NCBI GenBank assembly: GCA_951406725.2
Contig: OX597814.1
Coordinates: forward strand, 183,520,001 to 183,584,000
Direction: 5' to 3'
Length of the DNA stretch: 64,000 nt
From: Octopus vulgaris
Taxonomy: Eukaryota
This document shows, in pieces, positions 56,353 to 64,000 of this stretch (positions within the stretch are counted from its first letter, which is position 1; every line of letters begins with the position of its first letter). The notes below the pieces were generated by a model. The model searched no databases. It saw only the letters and a list, made by a program, of their open reading frames with translations, and was not told the DNA's origin. Made by a program: the position numbers and the translations under genes.

Positions 56353-58337
56353 ATCAGCACAATGAATAGTTCCATCGTCGCGAGCTGGGAAATACGACAG
56401 GTCTTCTAAATGAAGATCAGGTGTATAGAGCCAAACAGAAACATTCGTATATCACGTGCAGTGTTAAATAAAACACAGATAAATGTTTAAGCACGGCAAA
56501 ATCAAATGACGCCTGCTACAGATGAGTCTCAACTTCATCCGCCATCTTGACGCTGTATTGGTTTCAAACTTTGGCACTAGGTCAGCAATTTCGGGACAAG
56601 AAGTTGATTACATCGACCCCATTACTCTGTTGCTACTTATTTCATCAACTCTGAAAAGATGAAACGCAAAGCCAGCTTCGGCGGAATTTGAACTCATAAC
56701 GTAGGGATGGACAAAATGTTACTAAGTGTTTTGTCCGGCGTGCTAACGCATCTGCTAGCTCGCCGCCATATCTTACCTCTATATATATTTTTCTACTCTA
56801 GGCACAAGGTCCGAAATTTTGGGGGAGGAGGCCATTCGATTAGATTGCCCCTAGTACGCAACTAGTACTAAATTAATCGACCCCGAAAGGATGAAAGGCA
56901 AAGTCGACCACTTGCCAACTACTGCCCCAAATTCTTCATTAAGAATTTCAAAGATGTTATAGATAACTAACACTCTGTCGATTTCCAATTACCATGAGTA
57001 ATGTTACTACTTTCAAATCCGTGTTGCAGGTTTGTGTTTCCCATTGATAAAAATGCATTTGAATTTGGAGGTTTTTGTAATACATTCTAACTATTGGTTT
57101 GTGGTCCTGGATCTTTGCCTACGGATTATATCTGCGATGTTCTACATGACCGGCTTTGTTGAACATAACCACATTATATATGCTCAGTATATTAAATATA
57201 TATTCGTTGCGGGAGACACAATACAATGGCAGGTAAGCTTAAAGATTTCGAAATTTGATCTTCCAATTTCGCATTCTCTTGGCTTTAAGTATAAATTCAG
57301 GCTACACCGCCACCGTTACTATATTTTTGAATATATATCCTGGAATATGAAACAGCTCGTAAAAATAGTTTGGCATATACATGAAATGCCAACAAATATC
57401 CTTATATGTACGGGACTAATGAATAACTCCAGAGATATAAAAATGATCATACAAAATTTTTACTGAAGCGAGCCTTTAAGTTTTCTTCCACAAAAGTTGC
57501 TTCAAACAAGGAAATCACAAGAAATGAACAAACACTATTAGTAATGAGTACTAATTAGAGTTAATTCACTTGTCTTCATTACAAGAGATACAAAATGCAG
57601 TAAATACACACAAACAGCTCATGTATTATACTAAGTGAATCGAATACATAATAGTTATAAAATGGAAGAACAGTGCATTAAAACTTGATGGGAGAGAATA
57701 TAACTCGTATTATGACAAATAGCTAACCAACAATTACAATATATTGCAAAAATACTAGTGTTAAAATTATCTGCAATTCATATTGAGACGAATTTTAATT
57801 TTGATATTTGTACAATATATTCTGCATGCCGAAGGGCGTATTTCAGAAAACAAATGTAATATAGAATTATCAATGTAGGTGTCAGAGATATAAACTTCGT
57901 GTCTCTGCAATTGCATCAGACAGAGAAGTTTGACATTTTCTAGTCGGTTGCCAACGCATTTATGAAAAGAATCTATTAAAACAAGTTACAATGAAGACCG
58001 CAAACAAATCTATATAGAGAAATACTTGTATATTATATTATTCTTCTATATTGATTTTAAAAAAAAACTGGATTTGCTGTAGAATCTTTATTATTACCAT
58101 AATACGAAACAAAAATGAATACTCACATACATCATTCATGAGTAAACCATGAGAATAAATTGCAGTTAACAATTAACAGTTAAATTTAAGGCGAATTTAT
58201 CAAATATATTATTCTTATGGTTACAGTATATTGGATAGGTACTATCCCTTAGTTGGTTTCTCAACCTCTAACTCACACTGAAATATATATATATATATCA
58301 TACATACATACATACATACATACATACATACACTAGA

Positions 58338-58520
58338 TCGTTAGCTACTACACACATATTTTTCTCTCCTTGTTTCCTTGTTTTTTTCTGTGTATCTTTC
58401 TGTAGAAGAGCGTAGGCTCGAAACGTAAAATACTTTTTCTATTCCTGAGCGCTATACTGATACATCAGTTTGTTTGTACACCACCTGCCTTCGTCTTTTG
58501 TTTATTTTCGTAAACTTTCC

Positions 58521-58523
<3 letters not shown>
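58338..58523 (+). mobile_element. Short PLE 3'-end derivative with hammerhead variant (58395-58432)
   Basis: Homologous to 9583-9780; core CTGTAGAA-gagc-gtag-gctc-GAAA-cg-TA. Confidence 0.78.
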
Positions 58524-58557
<34 letters not shown>

Positions 58558-58561
<4 letters not shown>

Positions 58562-58857
58562 CGTGATCACCGTGACCGACCAGGCTATCAGATGTTGCTA
58601 CACATCGCTGGTCACAATGCGCTTTGCATTGTTTTTAACCTTCAAGTGACGCCACCCCGCTGGCTAAGCGAGCAGGCCAACAGAAGAAAGAGTGAGAGAA
58701 AGTTGTGGCGAAAGAGTACAGTAGGGATCGCCACCGACCCCTGCCGGAGCATCGTGGAGCATTAGGTGTTTTCGCTCAATAAACACTCACAACGCCCAGT
58801 CTGGGAATCGAAACCGCGAGTCCGCTGCCCTAACCACTGGGTCATTGCGCATCCACA
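58558..58857 (-). mobile_element. tRNA-derived SINE related to family A with a different tail
   Basis: Shares head and CTCTTTCGCCACAACTTTCTC with family A; tail ends in GGTCACGGTGATCACGGTGA. Confidence 0.72.
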
Positions 58858-59810
58858 CACAGACACACACGTATATATGTGTGTGTGTGTGTGTGTATAT
58901 ATTAAGGATGGCCATCTAATATGAATGCCTTTCTCAGTAGTAATTACGATAGTAGAAGTGAAAAGTGAATCTGAATTACTAACTCAGCACTTCGGGAGCT
59001 TACATTCTATGCTGTTGTATATCAAATTTACATTTTTCTTTAAAAGCAAAAGTACAACGTACAAACAAAGAAATTCTTTCAGATTTTGTACGAAACAAAT
59101 ACAGGTCGTTTTGAAGACTTCCTATATTGCGTGATTGATGACATCTAATCTAACGACATTTATTGTCGAGCAACAATATATGAATGCTAACGAAACAACG
59201 AAAGGCAACACTTCGGAAACTAAATAAGTGAATATTTGAGAAAAAAATTTTTATTCATCATTTGCATACGGTCATAAATCGACATTTCAGTATCTGAAAG
59301 CCAGCGTTTTTCTATTTATTAAAGAGCCCCATTTAAGCTCAAAATGAAGATAACAGAAGATGCTCATATGTGATATGTATTTTCTTTCTTTCGATGACAC
59401 TCGTTTGTTTTTCATTAGAACGTATCTCCCGATTTTTCTATGATATTTAGCATTTGAGGAATTAAGTACGGTAGGATATAACAGCTGCGTAAAGAACAAT
59501 TTCCAGTAGAGATGAATTGAATACAGAACTAGAACACTGGCTGTATACACACACCATGCCATACGTAAACCTACATATAAAAATACACTCACATATGCGC
59601 ATGCAAACACGTAAAAATATGTATTTGCATGTCTTACGGAATGCGTGGATATTACGTATATCTAGGTATTAATTAATTCATATACAAAATTTCACAAAGG
59701 AATATTGCATACATACCCACGTACAAATGAATATGTATACACAAACATGCACACACACGCACATACATACATACATATATACATACATATATATATATAT
59801 ATATCTGTTT

Positions 59811-59854
<44 letters not shown>

Positions 59855-59979
59855 GTATGCATTTATACTTATATACAATGCACAGATATCTTTTCTCGGA
59901 AGAGAATAATAGGAAAACAATTAATTGCATGTTTATTTGTAGATATTCATACCTTTGTATGGATGTGACATAAATATAC

Positions 59980-60037
<58 letters not shown>

Positions 60038-60040
<3 letters not shown>

Positions 60041-60190
60041 TCTCCTTGCTTCTTTCTGTGTTTCTTTCTGTGGAAGAGCATAGGCTCGAAACTTTAAAGA
60101 CTTTTTCACTTCCCGAGCGTCACGCTAATACATCTGTTTGTTGTCTACAACATCTGTCTTCGTCTTTTGCTTTTTTATGAATCCCCCCCA
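60038..60190 (+). mobile_element. Short PLE 3'-end derivative with hammerhead variant (60063-60100)
   Basis: Core CTGTGGAA-gagc-atag-gctc-GAAA-ct-TT-aaaga; flanked by (TA)n. Confidence 0.75.
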
Positions 60191-61018
60191 TATATATATA
60201 CATACAGTTGTGAGATTCCGCTCTTCTGTACCATTTAATAGTTATCAGTTTGTCATTGGCACGGAAACATTCGCATCTAGCCAAATGTTAACAAACGTAT
60301 TTACATACTTATGTAGATATTCATTCACATTCATTCACATACACTCAAGTCTGTATTTGTGTGTATGTATGTATATATGTATGTATATATATATGTATAT
60401 ATATATGTATATATATATATTGCGGTATAATAATAATGTGTAGTGCGTGATTGCATACAGTTTCTACTACACTTACGTAATTAATTCGTCATTGTGGTGA
60501 AACGCGTATATATTCTATAGAGCAATTAACATACCTTTGTTTTCTTCTTCATATTTTATATATATTATATATGTATTAATATATATATACATATATATAT
60601 TATATATGTATTATATATATATATATATATATATACATATACAAACACACATCATTGTACTGAAATACATGCTCGCATTCACGCACACGCACACATACAC
60701 ACACACACACACAGGCCTTTTATCAAAGAGGATCCGTTAAGAAGCGAGGCATATCAAAGCAAAGCAAAATTAATGGCTAGGTTGGATGACGCAAATCAGA
60801 CTTTTAATAATCCATTATACATAGCACAGAACGCTGCGATGAGGGGAAGTTCACGCAATATGGTTATAAAGACATGAGCTGTCAGAGGTGAATATAGATT
60901 TATATTATTGCGTAAATTTAAGAGAATTACGACTATTTCATAACCTTCTTTATGTTGTATTAATTTTGGTATGCAAGAAACAATACAAGTTACAATTGAT
61001 ATGTATGATCGGTATTAT

Positions 61019-61895
61019 ATAGGGTGTTCCAGAAGTCTTGGGCACATTTTGACATTGAATATCTCGAAAGCTATTAAGGACATAAAAACACATCTGATAT
61101 ATTCTGAAAGACTGCAATTTTAGGTTTTTTTATGGGATGTCCAAAGATGTTCAATGTGAGCACCGTTGGTCACACGGCACACATCAAGCCGATAGTCCAA
61201 TTCTTGCCAAACGCGTTCCAGCATTGCATTGTTGATGGTTGCAATAGCTTTCGTTATTCGGGCCTTCAGTTCATCCACGTCTTTTGGAAGAGGAGGCACA
61301 TAGACCAGTCCTTTCATCGCTAAAATCAAGCCGGTCATGAAATCCTTTATCTTCCAACTTCTCCTGGTTTATCAGTGTCCTACAACTGTTGGACTAATTA
61401 TAGCTTGTAAGGTGTCATCTGCAGTCGTCTTTTTAAGATACGCCAAACAGTTGTTGTAGGAAGCTGAAGTTCCCTACAGGCTCTTCTGATCGATTTAATG
61501 GGGCTCCGCTCGAAGGCAGTTCGAACTCGCTCAACCGTATCCTCTGAACTTGAGGGGCGTCCCGTTCTCTTAGTTGGGCACAAACTCCCATCCTTCATGA
61601 ATTTACCATGCCATCTCAATATGGACTTCCTTTCTGAAGCCTCTTTTCGGATGTGAAATGCATGTTGAACAAGTGTCCATGATTCAGTTGTTGCAAATCC
61701 AAGGACGCAAAACGCCTTTTCTGGTTGTGTGAACGCCATTACTGGATCTGAAAAAATATGAAAAAAATCATTAGCATTACAAAAAAAACTTAATGAATTT
61801 AGCTTTAAAATGGTACCAGTTTCATCTTACTACCAATCATAGTCCAGGAAATATGAGGACTTGAAATGTGCCCAAGACTTCTGGAACACCTTGTA
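61019..61895 (-). mobile_element. Internally deleted Tc1/mariner-superfamily DNA transposon
   Basis: TIRs GGTGTTCCAGAAGTCTTGGGCACATTT at both ends with flanking TA; N-terminal HTH ORF 61398-61739 (..SILRW..F...G....RTGRP..) and C-terminal VY...ELKARI...C....G.HIEHL at 61120-61315; catalytic core missing. Confidence 0.88.
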
Positions 61896-62084
61896 CAATA
61901 CACTTGTATATTTACAAATTAATAGCGATAAATAAAATTCGCTTATCAGATCACCTGAACATAATGCTTACAGCAGTAGTTGAACTCTAAATATACACCG
62001 AAAATTCACTCCTTGAACTTAGAAAATTTGAACGGCTAGAATTCTACATAATCATACTGATTTGTTCAGTAAAATTGAAGCAAC

Positions 62085-62285
62085 ATGCACACACACACGC
62101 ACGCATGCACATGTATACATACACGCACACACATGTATACATACACGCACACACATGTATACATACACGCACACACATGTATACATACACGCACACACAT
62201 GTATACATACACGCACACACATGTATACATACACGCACACACATTCACATATGCACACACATTCACATATGCACACACATTCACA
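62085..62285. repeat. 22-bp minisatellite (ATGTATACATACACGCACACAC)n plus 18-bp variant
   Basis: About 6 tandem copies visible. Confidence 0.85.
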
Positions 62286-62807
62286 TATATATATACATAC
62301 ATACATATCCGGAAAGATGATGCTTGGGAGATGCCTGAAATCTAATTATCAAAGTTAATTTATTTATGCATTTATTTTCGTTTGTAAATTAATATTTGAA
62401 AATATAAAAATAAATATATAAACTTGGGAAGTAAGCAAGGTAGTAAGTATGAGATTACCAAGGAGGAAGTGCGCAGATTATGAGAATGGTAACACCTTTG
62501 CACATATATGCAGTAATATTCTTGTTCAGAAACTTGCTAATATATATATTATAATGATATATTATAGTTTGTTATTCTTTTCTTATATAAGTTAAAATTT
62601 ATTTTCATAGATATAATAAATATTTATACCTATTTATTCTAGTTTTATTTATACCAGAATATATTTTTAAGATATTTCGTGTTTATATTTTATGATATAT
62701 CATTGTATTTTGTTTGAGTTTTATTGGGCAAGTGTTTTCTACTATAGCCTTCGGCTGACTAAAGTGGTGTAAGTGGATTTCGTAGGCGGAAACTGAAAGA
62801 ACTCTGT

Positions 62808-62847
<40 letters not shown>

Positions 62848-62850
<3 letters not shown>

Positions 62851-63263
62851 AGAGTTTACGAAAAAAAAAAGACGAACACAGGTGGTGTACAAAACAAACA
62901 GATGTATTAGTATAACGCTCAGGAATAGAAAAAGTCTTTTACATTTCGAGCTTCCGCTCTTCTACAGAAAGGGACACAGAAAAAACAAGGAGAGAAGAAA
63001 TGTGTGTAGTGGCTAAAAAATAAATATAAAAATAAAGTAATGACAATAATAGCAGCAGTTTTACGTAACGTTCAAAGGTTTTTTAGACGTCGTGGTGTAT
63101 TGCACGGATTTCTCATCAAGAGCAGAGTCCACTGTGATCCGTGTGTAGGAGAGGTGCAGCCGGACGGTAAGTATCCAAACGAATCCGTAAATGGTAGAGT
63201 AGGTAAAGAGTCCAGTGGAGAAGTTCGTAGTGGTGAGGAAAGATAGTGCGACCACGTGAGCGT
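62848..63263 (-). mobile_element. ~415-bp non-autonomous PLE derivative with both ends; hammerhead variant at 62935-62972
   Basis: Minus strand begins CGCTCACGTGGTC (cf. 9789), contains ACCACGACGTCTA (cf. 9950), then joins the HHR-bearing 3' end; (TA)n on both sides. Confidence 0.75.
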
Positions 63264-63346
<83 letters not shown>

Positions 63347-63389
63347 ATACATATGGATATATATGTATATAAATATATATATATATATA

Positions 63390-63685
63390 TTATAGCTTCA
63401 GGCCGTCGAAGGTCTTGTGAGTGGATTTCGTACACGGAAATTGAAAGAAGGTTGTCGTATATATGAGTATTTTTGCGTGTGTCTGTGTCAGTGTCTGTAT
63501 TTGAAACCCCACCATTGGTTGACAACCGATGTTGCTGTGTTTGCGTTCCCATAACTTAGCTGTTCGGCAAAAGACGCCGATATAATAAGTACAAGGCTCG
63601 CAAAGAATAAATCCTGTGGTCGATTTGTTTAACCAACTGCGGTGCTCCAGCATGGCCGCATTCACCTACTGAAACAAGTCAAACA
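63390..63685 (+). mobile_element. SINE family D, diverged 3' portion
   Basis: CTTGTGAGTGGATTT...GACAACCGATG...GCGGTGCTCCAGCATGGCCGCA. Confidence 0.7.
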
Positions 63686-63810
63686 TTAAAAAAACTATGC
63701 AACTATGCCATCTTAGTCCCGTGCAAGGCAGGGTATCTCTATAGGATACATACATACATACATACATACATACATACATACATACATACATACATACATG
63801 CATGCATGCA

Positions 63811-63861
<51 letters not shown>

Positions 63862-63894
63862 TAATACGCTTCCATCTTCTATCTCTAACACACA

Positions 63895-64000
63895 CCAATT
63901 CTTGTGAACAAAAGATCTTGCAACTTTCAGAAAACGAGAAATTTCTAAATCACTATGCCTAGCCTGCAAAGCCGCAATTGCAGCATGCCTTTTCATTTTA
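63895..64000 (-). pseudogene. Probable Tc1/mariner (maT-like) transposase N-terminal fragment
   Basis: [32 protein letters not shown] looks like an N-terminal HTH; truncated at a microsatellite and at the window edge. Confidence 0.5.

Noticed and set aside
47320-58300. Host gene exons in the TE-poor AT-rich stretch
   Set aside because: No ORF with protein-like composition or convincing splice-flanked segment; small exons cannot be excluded without RNA-seq.
62085-62285. Regular short repeats as a CRISPR-like array
   Set aside because: Tandem minisatellite without unique spacers; eukaryotic context and no cas genes.

Overview
AT-rich, microsatellite-saturated animal DNA made almost entirely of transposable elements. 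I could not support any host exon. The SINE families and (TA)n/(ATGT)n/(CA)n load suggest a cephalopod, probably Octopus (inference, unchecked). Main contents: a near-complete Neptune-type Penelope-like element (PLE) with 650-bp direct repeats; a Naiad-like PLE with a 1.2-kb inverted duplication; a decayed third PLE; two head-to-head CR1/L2-group LINEs around a ~1.35-kb (TA)n tract; an R4/Dong-like remnant; a tandem composite Helitron array carrying a mariner fragment; a deleted Tc1/mariner element; and several tRNA-derived SINE families. The most interesting layer is non-coding: at least four distinct repeat families carry minimal type-I hammerhead ribozyme (HHR) folds. These are (i) a 360-nt retrozyme-like unit whose monomer starts at the predicted cleavage site and has an atypical UUAACAA core, (ii) a CUGUNGAA core variant shared by the Neptune element and three short derivatives, (iii) a tRNA-headed SINE-like element with an HHR tail, and (iv) a long-stem-II HHR in the Naiad-like 3' UTR. 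A CCA-ended tRNA-Asp fragment is also fused to a SINE 5' end. All calls were made by eye. No searches or folding were run, and boundaries of old repeats are approximate.
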